A stretch of 63,874 bases of DNA, filler included, from Phoronis australis (taxonomy: Eukaryota > Animalia > Phoronida), in NCBI GenBank assembly GCA_002633005.1. It is 8 parts of 8 records of this genome, joined end to end, with 100 filler letters (N's around TTAATTAATTAA, not from the genome) between each part and the next. Parts side by side here need not be neighbours in the genome. Positions count along the whole stretch, not along the records: positions 36,101 to 38,614 come from NMRA01001146.1; positions 38,715 to 41,011 come from NMRA01003751.1; positions 41,112 to 44,960 come from NMRA01001464.1; positions 45,061 to 59,687 come from NMRA01000809.1; 4 more parts are not named here. One strand, given 5' to 3'. A program made the translations under genes and the position numbers. The notes beneath the pieces were generated by a model. It was not told the origin of the DNA. It did not search any database and saw nothing but the letters and a program-made list of their open reading frames with translations. Positions 36,140 through 50,100 of the stretch are shown here, piece after piece. How positions within the stretch are numbered: position 1 is the first letter of the stretch; every line of letters begins with the position of its first letter.

Positions 36140-37910
36140 TGGACACACAAATGGCCAGTAGGCGGTGCTAAATACATCGAATCCGTAATAAAATCAGATG
36201 GTGGTGTTGTCTCCTTAATCGATACCTATTTGCGAATGTTTATGAAAACCCAGAAGCAAACATTAAAAAAGTGCCACTAAGTTGCTGGATCCATCGGACA
36301 ATTTGCGCATGACTTCCCATATATGACAGGAATATACTAGTATTTGCAACAAGAGCAAAGCGGAGCATTGAAATGTGCCCACGAATGCACCATAAACAGG
36401 GTGCTTCTAGGGTTGTTCAGTTGTATCATAAAAATGGCCACTAGATGACGCAAAACATCCAATCCATCAGAAAATGGGAACATGCCATCGCTTCTTTAAT
36501 TAAAAGCTATTTACCAAATTCAATAAAAATCTGTCATGGACCTTCAGAGAAACAAAGGAAAACGGAAAAAAATTAAATTGCCACTAGGGTTTAAGCGTTT
36601 GCTGAATCAGCCTGCAAGTCGACGTCTACTGTTAACTTACACTTACTAAATTTAATAAAAATCCTGCAGTGCATTTAGGAGATATAGGTAAAACAAAACT
36701 ACCACTAGAAGGCACCACAGTAGTCAAAGTCGTCATCGCCAACGTCCTCTTTACACTGAGCTTCGGAACATGTACGCCAATTTCAAAATCATCCTAAGAA
36801 TGGTTTGGTGAACGCCAAAAAACATACTAAAAAACAACAAAAATAGCCACAAGGTGGAGCAAAATACCTTGATTCCATCCAAAAACGGAGGATAGCGTCA
36901 TCTAACCAATAGATGCTTATATTCCAAATTTTATGAAAATCTGTTAAGAACCTTTGAAGATGCAGAGATAAACATAAAAAACAAAAACTGCCACTAGGGG
37001 GCAAACCGGTAATCAGATCTGTCCGAAAGTCATAGTCATCCGCTGTTAACATCACATAAATACACTTGCTAAATTTAATAATTTTAAGAACCTGTAAATG
37101 TGCCACTAGGAGGCGCCAAAGAAGACATGAGTCATCCTCTTCATATGCCAATTTTCACAATGATCATTCTTAGAGCGGTTTGATTGATAGAGGGCAGAAC
37201 GCCAAAAAACAGACTCGAAAACAGTAACAATGGCCAATAGGTGGCACAAACTACATCAAATCCATTCGAAAATAGAAGCATAGCGTCATCTCACTAATAG
37301 ATGCCTTTTTGCAAAATTTTATGAAATCTGTTGAGGATGTTTGAACACATGGAGGTAAACGCAAAAAACTTTAATTAATTGTCATAAGGGGGCAGGCCGG
37401 TAGTTGGATCCGGCCGAAAGTTGTCGCCGTCCGTTGTCAACATCATATGAATACACTTGCTAAATTTAGAAAAGATCCTCAAATAATTCAGGAGATACAG
37501 CCATAGGCCCAAAAAAAACGCCATCAGGAAGGGCCACAATAGTCTAACTTGTCAGAAAATCATAATGAACTGTCCTCTTCATAGTAAAAACATACATGCC
37601 AGTTTTCACAATCATAATTAGAGCAAACAATGTCAAATCCATGCGAAAACAGGAGGATAGCGTCATCTCACTAATGGATGCCTATATACCAAATTTAAAG
37701 AAAATATGTTGGGTACCTTCAAAGGCACTGAGGTAAACGGAAAAACTAAAATTGCCACCAGGGGGCACACCAGTACTCAGATCCGACCAAAAGTTCGCTC
37801 GTGCCGTCCCATCTATGAAAAGAACACATTTCCACAATTTCATGAACATACGTCAAATGGTTTTGGAGATAGAGCAGCGGACGCCGGATGAATCCACGTA
37901 TAAAAATATG
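36140..37910. repeat. Degenerate long-period tandem array (about 130-bp subunit, about 390-bp higher order); reverse-strand relative at about 60400-60740
   Basis: Recurrent gccactagggggc-like and ccaaattttatgaaaatc motifs; ggatagcgtcatct-like blocks near 36890, 37280 and 37655. Confidence 0.75.
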
Positions 37911-38450
37911 TGGACACATAAAAATCATTGACACCACATGGATTTTGTAGATGCACAACAATGACACATAAATTACATACTACCAATCATAAAACGACGC
38001 TTCTTCCTTACGTCTATGATATCATGAAAATGCCACTTACCATTTTGAACTATATTCTCATTTGACGGAGGATCTGAAAATAGTCAGAGTTACATTAGGA
38101 AGAGTAACAAAGTTAGCAAACGGAACACGGAACTCACCGCGAAGCAAAAACCATTTCTACCCTCCACAAAACAACATCATGCACTCCAAAAATTTATGCC
38201 AAGCACAAAAAAAAACAATCTTATCTATAACCACACACATATATCAGAAGTGATGCCTTACAATAGGAAATGGAAATCTTTGGCAACATTGATTTTAAAT
38301 TAGTTCAATGGAATAACAAATGTTATAATTATTCATCTAAGAGATCACAGTCGGTTTGGGTTACAATAATTATTTAACAAGTTACAGACCCAGGGCCACT
38401 TAATATTAGCCTGCAGCATTTCAAGGTCTGATGAGCTTGCATGCTTTGCA

Positions 38451-38614
38451 ACTTAGAGTGCTATGTGATGTGATTCTTAGGGTGCTGTGTGGTGGGATTC
38501 TTAGGGTGCTGTGTGGTGGGATTCTTAGGGTGCTGTGTGGTGTGATTCTTAGGGTGCTGTGTGGTGTGATTCTTAGGGTGCTGTGTGGTGTGATTCTTAG
38601 GGTGCTGTGTGGTG
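38451..38614. repeat. 24-bp G-rich minisatellite running into a gap
   Basis: Unit gattcttagggtgctgtgtggtgK, about 7 copies. Confidence 0.95.
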
Positions 38615-41600
38615 NNNNNNNNNNNNNNNNNNNNNNNNNNNNNNNNNNNNNNNNNNNNTTAATTAATTAANNNNNNNNNNNNNNNNNNNNNNNNNNNNNN
38701 NNNNNNNNNNNNNNCACGACACCGCAACCTCAAACAACGTCAAAGAAACGAAACGCGTACGGTGAGATGTTATAGATTATTGATATTTATACTTGTATAC
38801 AAGTGTCCACCTCAAAATTAATTTCCCACGGTCATTCTTTATGATGCCGATAGCAATGTTTTCGTCAACTGAAGAAGAACAGGAATCATAGACATCCCGC
38901 GCGCTCCGTCTATGGTTCTGACACTTCAAACTTTTGTCAACACGACAGGTAGCCGCAGAAAGTTCGATGTTGACCTCAGTCTAATTTTTCTGCAATCCAC
39001 AGTCAGGGGACAAAAACAATTCAAAGTCCGCTCCTCGAAATAGGGCTTGCTTGCTGGAATTCAGAACTGCGGTCATGAGAGTGTTTTCACCTCCTGATTG
39101 CGAAACGATAGAGTTAGCTGTGGTATCTTCATCAGCGCGTGCTCTCAGCCGGAGGTCACCGCTTTATCCACTCAAGCACTCGACAACAACTGACGAGAGT
39201 CTCAGAACTCCCACATGCAAATTTGATATGCAAATGAGGGAGTACTTGACTACTGCGCCATCTATACATCGACGGAAAAGCTTAAATACCCGATTGCTTG
39301 TGCTGAAGTCGATATTTTCAAAGTACAATTACACCACTGTTTAAGGTTGCAAAGTGAGTTTTTTGATATCCTTCTATAGAAAAAGCTTTAATCTCTCTGA
39401 TAAAATCATCTGTTTTCTTTTAAACGAAACTTAAGTCCTGAAATTAGTCCGGTGAAGGAGGCCAAAAACGGCGGTTTAGCTAGTTGTCCCTTCCTGGTTA
39501 TCTCTTCCTGGTACTAGCATGATTGATTGTAACAGAAAATTGCAATATTATACTACATTGTATCAACACCTGACTGCTGGGTAAAGTGGAAGCTCTTGAG
39601 TCATAAAACTGAGTTAATATAAACAAGATTTGGACAGAGTTGTGAAACCACTATTTTGTAGTCAACAATTCACAACACTGACTGCTGCTATGGACAACTA
39701 ATGGTTTAATTTAATAATTTAAACCCTCTTTGTGAAGTAATGCAAGTCTCATTGGGATTTGATTCCAGAGATTCTTCTTTCCAATCGAGCACCAAAGCTC
39801 GCCACTAACTCAAAAGTGATTTTATGTCATGAGTATGCTTACGTTACATTGTCTAAATAATGGTAAACCAACACTAGCCACTGTAATCCACCAAGTGAAT
39901 AACAACTTGCAGCAAGGCATCACAAATTCCACTATCGCGCTATTGTCCAAAAAAGTGTGCTTTCACTGAAAATGCTTAATTTAATTCACTGAATTTCAAC
40001 ACATCATAAAAGGGTAATCGACTACTAAACTACTAATGAGCTCTAACAGTGCGGCCTTATCGAGTAAGCGAAAATCCTTTTTGTTTTAGTGAAATCAGCA
40101 GGGTGAAGGTTATCCAGCCACGAGCTGTCCACATGGTCCTGGCACAGAACAGATTTGGGCAAATATGTTGACGCTTTTGAGTTTATGAATTCATTGAGAA
40201 TAGTGGTGTTCATTGGCCGAAATTGTAAGTGTCAAGCGAAAAAATAAAAGAATGTATGCTGCACTTAACGACCTGAGTTAATTGACTATTCTCAACCGTG
40301 TTTCAGTTGAGAGTGCTTAGAGCTACAGACATCTCAGTCTCAAAGGCACGAGCCAGTCAATCAAAAACTGCAAAGGCATCGCCTAATACTAACTATTAGC
40401 TTAGTTCATCATTTAAAAAATACCAACCATTTTGAAAGGGGGTGTGTGTAGTTGACCAAATATGTGTGATAGAAGAATGAAATATGTTTGAGTTAAACAG
40501 ACAGTGAATGTAAACTGAGTAGAACATTATTCTTTATTTAGTGTTGGGACACAAAATCAACGCAAAGTCAAGTCTTTTCAAATGACCATATGTTCCACAT
40601 GCGATTTTGAGAACCCATGTAGGATGTCTATGACAAGGGGCCCAGGGAAACATTGTTAATGGTGGGGGATTAGGTGTAATCTTATGCTTGTGACTGCACA
40701 TTGGGATGCAGTGCAAATTTCAGTGAAGGATTGTGTCTTCAAATAGACGGCCACCAGTCAAGGCGTCACCCTGGCTGATATTCATGGGGAGTTGGGGAGA
40801 GGTGTAATCTATCCTTGGGGTTTGTCCTGTTGTTATAATATTGAAATGTAAAGACTTGTGGAGTCTCAGATAGGACTAATCATAGACTTCGTAAAGAGGA
40901 ACTGTTTGTTTAAAGTGACCACAAGCTGTACAGGTGTCACTGCGTAGCTGCTGGCCATGGGGAGTCGGGTAGAGGTGTAACCTATTTTTGGGGTCTGTTT
41001 TGCTGTTACTGNNNNNNNNNNNNNNNNNNNNNNNNNNNNNNNNNNNNNNNNNNNNTTAATTAATTAANNNNNNNNNNNNNNNNNNNNNNNNNNNNNNNNN
41101 NNNNNNNNNNNTGATGGTGGTAACGTTTTTTTTTTCTTTTTTTATAGTCCTACCGATTTTTGTAGGCGAAAGGCTCACATCGACTATTTCAAGGCTGGGT
41201 AGCGGCGCATGTTTTGGGCCGTAAAAGTTTCCGCGTTTTTTGTCATTGGTCATTCCAAGCCCTGCACAGTGCAGCCCTGTGTTTGAGTGCATCTTGGGAA
41301 AACCCTGATTCCATTCTTCCCGAATGTTTTTTCCATGCCAACGTACATGTTGTATCCAGCAAAAAGAAATGTTGAGAAGACTCCTTTTTAGATGCATAGC
41401 TTGTCCTGTTGTCATGCTATTATTTTATTCTTTACAGATGCAAACAGTCGTCGAAGGAGCCAATACCAGAGTCAAAGTGTAAGTACTGTGCAGAAGCAAG
41501 TAAACCACTCTAAAATCTAGTGAGATATATTATGTTAAAAAACTCGACTAGTTTTCAAGCCTTAACCAGTGCAGCTCTTCATGAGGTATTGTTCTATCTG

Positions 41601-41761
41601 ATTTTAACATATTTGACCCGTTTCTACAAAATTTATCTAATTATTTCCGTCTCGGTATTTACTGTGTGTATTGTAATAATTGTGACCAGTCATAGCTGTT
41701 TTTTCACTTTGTCTAATATCAACTACTTGGACTGTTTTTCCTCAATGCTTGTTATGTTTTA

Positions 41762-44259
41762 CCGTAATTGTTCGGGTTAACGCCCATGCTCAGTTAACCG
41801 CCCATCCCCGACTTTAAGTGGATTTTCGATTTAACCGCCCACTGCTCGGTTAAGCGCACTCCAGCGATTTTTGAAGATTTCCAGTTAAGCGCCCATCCCC
41901 GACTTTTAAAGAATGTAGATTTAGCGCCTAGTGCTAAGGAAACGCGCGATTCCCCGACTTTTAGAAAAAGATCGATGATCACAATGAGTGCAACGACGCC
42001 GGGACTCCGAGACGGTGGTTTAGCAATCTGAATTACAATACAGGTAACGAGTTATTGTCTTGGGTCATGAACTCACTTCAAAACATAATACTTGAACCTT
42101 TTTGTCACTTTATTTTCTTCCCTTGTTTGCAAAGTTTAAGAACGCCGCTGGCGTCAAAACCTCCGCTTTCAGCGACTTTGTCTGCCGCGCTGAGTTTCCG
42201 TCTGCAGTGCACTAGATAAAACATATATTCGAAAAAAATCAGGCCAGAGAAATGTGACAATGGTTTTGCCAACCCTCCAAATTCTATTAAGGTGGAAAGC
42301 TCTCGTATTTTGAACAAATCGCACAACTCACGGAAAGATGTCAAATTCTCAATATTTTGATGAATGTAACTGCCGGGTTATAGAGGATGTGTGGCGATCG
42401 AAGGGACAGTACAAGTTCCTTACTGGATTACCGATTTCGTTGCTGCCTATCGATTTCTGAATTCAAAGGTTGACAATAATGTATGTTTGTGTATGATCTT
42501 GAGGTAATAAAAAACTGCTAGTCAAATTTTGTTTTTCGCGTATTGCATCTCAGTCAAACTGGCGTTAGCAGATTTAACTAATGTCGNTGATCTTGAAGTA
42601 ATAAAAAACGGCTAGTCAAATTTTGTTTTTCGCTTATTGCATCTCAGTCAAACTGGTTAGCAGATTTAACTAATGTCGCTGGCTGTTCTTTACTATTTCT
42701 TGCGTCAGCCCCCACATAAGCGTGACTGTGTGAATTATCGTTTCCACATCGCCTTTTTAGCCATCCAGAATAATTTTGTTTACACATCGGCCATTTTCAG
42801 CCTGAACAAAAATTCTTACCATTCGAGTCTGAAATATCTACGGCGTAGACTGCTTGACGATAGTGGGTAGGAGATTCACAGCTAGTTACAGGGATGGGCT
42901 TAGGGAGCCTCGAGCCGGGAAATATGGCAATAGACTTGACATCGTAGTTTTGGGGAACATTGGCAACGGAGGAATATCGTAAAGAACTGGGTCTTTCGTA
43001 ACAACAGCTTAAAAGCACATAGTCACGCCCGTTTTTGTTACTTCGGACTGTCGCTATGTGTGACTGATTTGTAGCGGTGCACGTGTGCAAGTTCCCACAC
43101 TTTGGAGTGCATGTTACCTTGACACCAACATGTGATTGACAGGTGACTCACACGTAGGCCCTACGTGCGTGCTGAATACCGCCACTATCTTTGGCCATAA
43201 AAAACGAGATGCATATTGAAAGAGGCCGTTATATTACTTGACGGCATTTCCAAGTGACGATTGTCAGCCGACTGAGACATTGCGCGATAACAGCGGGACC
43301 GAACAGTTCCGTAGTGTGATATTACAAGTGATATAAATAGGATAATCTGGACATCTTGCATGAAAAATAAATGTTTTTCCACCACAAAGTTCGGTAAGGT
43401 GGTCGTTTAGAATAATGAATTGAAACATTGCTGTTTTCTGACATTTTGTAACATATTTATGCAGTTGCTTGAAATTTTGTTCTTGATCGACGACTGGCTC
43501 GACCACCCCCCATCCTTGTCTTACTTCTTTGCATAGCATGTTTGGCGCAACGGCAATAGAGCAATGTCGGGCTGTCGAGATAAGACAGCTAGCCGCAGAA
43601 CCATACGCTGAAAATGTCATTGAGTCACGGAGTGTCGACTATAACATCCCAAACACAAAAAACAGCAGAGTTAAGTTTTTCAAACTGTTATTACAACCAA
43701 TTTTAAAACTGCTCTCTGAGTCGGAACTTGACAGCTACATATAGTACGAGATTGTAACCATAAATTTGATGTCTGACCTCTGCAATACGTGAAGCTTGCA
43801 TGCGCGCACTTAAGCAGGGTCACATCTTGAAACAGTTTTAATTCTAGTGGAAGCTGCGTGGTCACTGGTCGTCTGCGCACCGTAGGACGGCACGGGGCTA
43901 TTACTAACCAATTTTGTAAATTTAATAGTGAATGACTAATCTGAGGGCAAGAGAACCTTTGTTGGGATCATCCACTGTTATGATGGTTTCACAGTCATTT
44001 GGCGACGTGACGATAAAGCTCTTTGATAAGGGCTACGTGTTCCGAGTATGATTATAGTGTCGGGATTTAGATCGCCAGGTAAGATTAACCGCCCAGGGCA
44101 GTTGTCTGTCGTAATAAGCGCCCATGTTCGGTTAACCGCCCATCCCCTACTTTAGGTGGATTTTCGATTTAAGCGCCCACTGCTCGGTTAACAGCCCTCC
44201 CCCGATTTTTTGGATTCGCCAATTTAACCGCCTAGGGCGTTAACCTGAATGATTACGNG
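41762..44259. mobile_element. About 2.5-kb non-autonomous Tc1/pogo-like element with TA flanks
   Basis: TA-ccgtaattgttcgggttaacgccc ... gggcgttaacctgaatgattacg(n)g-TA; subterminal ttaaccgccc/taagcgccc repeats at both ends. Confidence 0.85.
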
Positions 44260-45987
44260 TAGTTCATTATGAAGTTACTATCATGAAATGTTGATACATT
44301 GTGTGAACCTCAAAGAAACACGCACCACAACATATGTACATGTATCAGTTTGTTCTAGAGCTTGCACACAAAATATGGAGGTTTCAAGGACAGTGCTGAT
44401 CAATTCCCCCCAAAAAAAACTTTATTACAAAGCCTGAAGCAACAAAAAAGATTAAAATACGCAAGAACAAAAACAAACTAGAAAGATTATTGTCATGCTA
44501 TGACAATAATGGACTCTTCTTTTTAACAAGGACGTAGCGTTACCGAGCCCCAGTCTACTGTTTTCCCCTATAAATAAAAGGAACCAAGTTAACAGGGTTT
44601 AAGAATGAAGGCAAAACATGCCCAACACTTGGAACAACAACTGCTTAGCCCAGTCGCTTGGTCACTGCCAGGACTGAACCCAGCGGGATTGGATCCAATG
44701 TGACCACTGTGAGATGTGGTTACACCAATACTGCCTGAGCGTGAATCACGCCGAACAATGCGAGGCTGCACACGTGCACTGCGGGTGCAAGAGCGTCCAC
44801 TCCTTGGTGTGGCTTCAGTAAAAAAATCACGTGCTTTGGGGCAAGAACTTAAAGAAATGATTGCTACAGGTGAATTGAGTAAGGGATGTGCAATATGAAA
44901 TGGGTTTTTGTAAGGGATGCTGGCTTATAACGTTACACACAGAAAAAACGGACGGAAAGTNNNNNNNNNNNNNNNNNNNNNNNNNNNNNNNNNNNNNNNN
45001 NNNNTTAATTAATTAANNNNNNNNNNNNNNNNNNNNNNNNNNNNNNNNNNNNNNNNNNNNAATAGAATTTCACTTGTCGGCCATATTACGTGCTAAACAA
45101 GTGGAGAATTGCCACAATAGAATTTTGCAATTGCCTAAACTTGGGATATTTTGTATTAAAACGAGCACCTAATCAATGTGGAAGTTATAATCAACACTAA
45201 TACTTTCTCAGAAGAGTTGGGCAATCCAAACAATGGTTCTTACATGGATATAGCTGCACTAACATATAAACTTGATTTAGCCAACAAGCTAATCCATCAT
45301 GGCTTTACAATCTTACAATCCCAAAAAACATGGATATGTAAATCTCCGGGGCTTCTCTACAAAAAGTACAAAGACCACTATCAGTTACGCCATTTTTTTG
45401 TCAAAAAAACACTAGAATCGATAAGCTTATAAAGCAATATGAATTGAAACCATGTCGTTTGAGTATCTGCATAACGTCTAACAAAGTTATCAATTCTTTC
45501 CACTTTGTATTCTCATCACTGCTTGTCATTCATCTGTTAGTTCTACTACCTACTCCAAATAAAAACAAAACCTAAAATAACACAAGATTTTCACAAAAGA
45601 GGTAATGTTCAGTCATGCAGTCGAAATCCAACCACTGACATTTTACAATGAGGCTTGTAATTCGCTTCACTACACACACAATACAAACTCATATTTTTAC
45701 AGAAAACAAATACAATGACACTGTGCAATACCAAGGATCTGTAACATTCATGATCAGACTGTGGTAAGCATGTCGATATTTTTTGATATGCACGGTTTCC
45801 ATGGTTCCCATTCATATTATGATTTCATTTCCTATGACTCTTCCATAGAGATATTTTTCATACAAAAAGTTGATAGTAACTCCTAATGACTGACGAGCAC
45901 AACTGAAAGCATGACCTTGCAAAATGATAATCAAATGAGTTATTATTTAACTCGTAAAAATTTAAGGCTTTTCTACAAAGTTATTAA

Positions 45988-46557
45988 GGGCTGTTCCAGT
46001 AAAATCTGTATGGGAGGGGGGGGGGAAGGCACCTTTTTTTCGCACCCACCACCCATATTTTTCATTTATTTCTTCAGCCTACCACCCGTAATTTTTTATA
46101 AGTTCAAAATGCAACCGCCCGTAATTTTTTTTGTTCTTGTGGTTGACTGCAAAGGTGCTTGAGTTTATCTGTTCCTCCATCACCACTAACGTCATTTATT
46201 ACTAAGAAAACATGATTCTTATATATGGTTATTAGCCATCAAGAAATTCAAGCACCTGTGGTTAAATGGTGTTATGGGCATGCCAATGAGGAGATCGGAG
46301 GGAGTGAAAAAGTCTGAGCTTTTTGCAAGTTGCATTTTTGTTTCAGTTTTTGATTCTGTGCAGATTGTTTATAAAATTTACTAAAATTACCCACCATCAA
46401 ACATTTATGGCCCAATGAAACAACAACGACCTGTAAGTTTTTATTTTTTTGAAGTACAACCACCAGTCATTTAGAATTTAAATCAAACGCAACAACCCAT
46501 AAATTTTTAATTCAGTTGCCTTCCCCCCCTCCCACACAGATTTTGCTGGAACAGCCC
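45988..46557. mobile_element. PIF/Harbinger (Tourist-like) MITE with TAA TSD
   Basis: TAA-gggctgttccagtaaaatctgtatgggagggggg ... cccccctcccacacagattttgctggaacagccc-TAA. Confidence 0.88.
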
Positions 46558-46893
46558 TAAGATGAGTGGGCAGAATTGGTATGGAAATTCAACATCCAAT
46601 TGATATACGCAGCAATAAAATATTATTTACATTATTAAAGTTTCTGCAAAAAAGCAATGAAACAACCGTCAACACCCTTGTTTTTAAATCCATACAGGGC
46701 TGAGAAGACGCAATTACTTTCACAGGTCACGGTAGTGCGACAACTTAGGGGAATAATATGCAGGAAATCGCTACCATAACTGTGAAACACAGGGTAAAAA
46801 CTGCTGCGAACAGAGAAACACAAACACGCTTTCATCAGTATACCCATATTAGCACACTCTTCATCACAGTCGCCCTTCACAACCCAGATCCTC

Positions 46894-47183
46894 TCACACC
46901 CTGTACTTCTTACTGATCCTCTCGGAGAAGCGTGGCGTGACCGGCTGTGTCAGTGGCCGGTCACTCGGCTCCACCTCTACGCCCTTGTAGTGTCTGATAG
47001 GATTTGGCTTGTGCACCAGCTCTTGCCGGAGTCGCGCCACCTCCGCCTGTTCCTCCCGCTCTCTCTCTTCCAGTCTCTGCTTGGCCACTAGGTCGCGCTT
47101 AAACTCCTCCTCCTGTCGGTGTTTTTCGAAATCCTCGCGTTCCTTTGACCGCTGGTCGGTGTTCAGCTGGAATTCGCTGACTT
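46894..47183 (-). CDS. TPX2: TPX2 terminal exon
   Basis: VSEFQLNTDQRSKEREDFE...LVHKPNPIRHYKGVEVEPSDRPLTQPVTPRFSERISKKYRV*. Confidence 0.95.
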
Positions 47184-50100
47184 CTGCAAAACACATTGGT
47201 GAAACGTACAGCACGACTGTGACCACCTTTGTTATTTTTTAGTTTCAGAGTTCTGTTTAAATACTAATCCCTTTTTATGATTTCTGCATGGTTTCCATGC
47301 ACAGCGTGCTCTAATGCTGCGCGAGTTTTTAGGATATTACGATTTAGCTCTTACCAGTGCTGTAGTGGTAAAATTAGAGATAAGTAGGCACCCAAAGCCC
47401 ACAGTAATGAATGTAACTTACGGTGTGTAGGCACTACGTTCAAATGCCAAAAGGTGGTTGGCTGCATCTACGTGCGCCTACGCCCCACTGCAGCACTGGC
47501 TTTTACACGATTTATCTTAATAATCAAAAATACTGCTTTTAACAGTTTCCCAGTTTTCCATGACTAGTTTGAAACAGCAGTCTGGCGCCATAACACCCTA
47601 CAGTACAAGCCAAAGAAATTCAGACAAAATGGCCTGTAATTCCCAGTCATGACAGCTAGGAGGAAGCTGAATTCATTGTCAGAGTAGTCTCCCCTGACGA
47701 CTGAGAATGAAGGGGAGTTAACAGGAAAGTTAGTATGGAGACTAAGTCATTCTGTAATTAGAGCACCCATAATAGTTATTATCATTCACTTTAGTGTAAA
47801 CACAATTAGCCGTCATGATGGGGAAACAGTATTTTGTCTCGTTACTTTTGTCTTGTACTCAACGTCATCGTCATCCTTTGCACTGACATACAACACAATG
47901 ACGAACAAACTGACAAAGGAAAGCACTTTGACAGCAAATTCCTTCTCGTATTTGAATTAAATGGTCCACAAAATTGAATTCAAAAGAGCAATGTTCACAT
48001 CTATGTTACCCAAGCTTACGAAGAACTCTAATCACTGCTCTATCTTTTGTGTTCAAAATGTGCAAAAGTTTGCACAGCTGCATAAGCAATGAGTTGATGG
48101 TTGTCCCGATAAAATCAGCATTACAGTATGGGGGGGGGGGGGGGGCACTATGTACAATGAATCCACACTTCGCTACAGTCTATGTTGCAACTCGCAACTC
48201 TGCACCACTCATACTGATTGCGAACTGAGTAGCACAACCAACAAATATGAGCCCAACTAGAGTTCTTATATATCTTAATCATATACCCCGTAATGCGTAC
48301 AGCTCCAGTTTATGAATAGGGCAGGTTGAAATAATTTCGTCAAGATCAGAATAACTAAGCATCAATATTTTGAATTATTCAGTATCATTAGTCCAAACAG
48401 CGTGTCCCTGATCACATTTATGCTACCATTAACACTCTATCTTAAAAATAATTCCGCCTTCTGTGTCACCAAAAGTGCTCTCATTTGCATAACAGATTTG
48501 CAGATTTTTCAGAAAATTTTCAATTTTACTGGCACTAAATTACACTTAAAAGCAGCCTCTTGATAACACTAAGCAAATACGATCATCAGCAGCTGGTTAG
48601 ACCTATCAACGTATCTTCAACATGCGTCCCCCCCGTTGTTACACTGAGGCTAAGCGGATGTCGACCTAATTCGTCTTCCAAAACCCAGCAAATCATGGTT
48701 CCCCTTTATCTTGACTAGTATTTGTGTGAGTTGGCATGGAGTTCCTGCTACAACAACATAGTGATTATAAAAATAGTCAGTATGGCCACATATGAGAAAA
48801 GCTTTGCACAACTTGCTGTTCCCCATCAATGATCCCTCCTGCACGAAAGTTGGACATTTCTCAGAATAAAATCGTCAAAAACAGTTACTATGCAGTTCCA
48901 CCTCTTTAAAATAAAACAATCTCAATGTCATGCTTGGCCACTTTGATAATACTGCATTGTTTGTTGGACATAGCTGTAATGAGCACTCCACCAATCACTG
49001 AAGTAGTTTCTCACACTTCGGGTCAGATGGTAGTCAATATTGATAGAAGTGGCCTCATGATTTTCGTTCGAACAAAAACGAAAGGCGACTGACAACCCGA
49101 GGTCTGCTGCTATGCCATCTCAGTTATTTTTTATTCGAATTTATTAAGTGAACGGAATCATTAAGCAAAGTTCCATTTAGTTACAGAAAAAGGGTCACCT
49201 AACTTATTTTGATCGCATACCTTTTGCAGTCAATTCGTAGCTGCTTGTTATGAACATGCATGTTTCGATATGGTACACAAGTCTTCCCCTCCCATACAGA
49301 GTTTACTGGAACAGCTTTTGGTGAAATTTGGCATTGCCAAGCACTCATTATTAGTTCATACAAACAGGTTGCACACTCACCAGTGAGAGGCTTTTGAGAC
49401 TTTTGAGGTACAAATGGCTGCTCATAGGTCACCTTGCACGGTTTAGCCTTGAAGTTCAACTGGCTCTTTTGTTGTCGGAGCTCTTCTTCAATCTATGGAA
49501 TGAGTACAAATAATGACACCTCCAGCATTTACAAAGAGTACATAAAACCGTTAAACACAAGTTTGCCCTTAACACTGCAAGTGCATTTTGCCATTTAGAA
49601 GTACTTTAATTTTATTCTCCATTAACACTAACGTCAATCTGTATGAGGAAATAGTGTGGCCGCAGAGAAGACGGTGGCAGCAATAGGTAGTCAAGCCAAA
49701 AGATTTAACACACAACCATGCCATTTTATATTAAGTCTTTTAATGACAAATCGACTAAATACCATATTAATTGAAAAACATCATGAGATAATTCTAAAAA
49801 ACCTGCAAATGTGATTCTGGCACTTTATAGATGCCAAGGTAGTCACATCCTTAGATCTGCAATGGTCGTGCTCACCACCTCATCGGTTTCAACATCACTA
49901 CCAATATAAACAAGGTGACTGCTTACCAAGGCTAGATTGACAAACAGTGCCAGTGTCATGTCAAACACGGCAAAACACACAATGAAGTGCGCCCGAGTGC
50001 CCAAACACAACATGTACCACCGGATGGCAGGAGTAATTAATCAACCATCATCACCATCTCCTTTCTCCACAAACCAAACAACGTTCATACAAGCAACGTT

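Noticed and set aside
42495-42677. About 93-bp direct duplication
   Set aside because: Junction is a single N (42588); an unmerged contig overlap.
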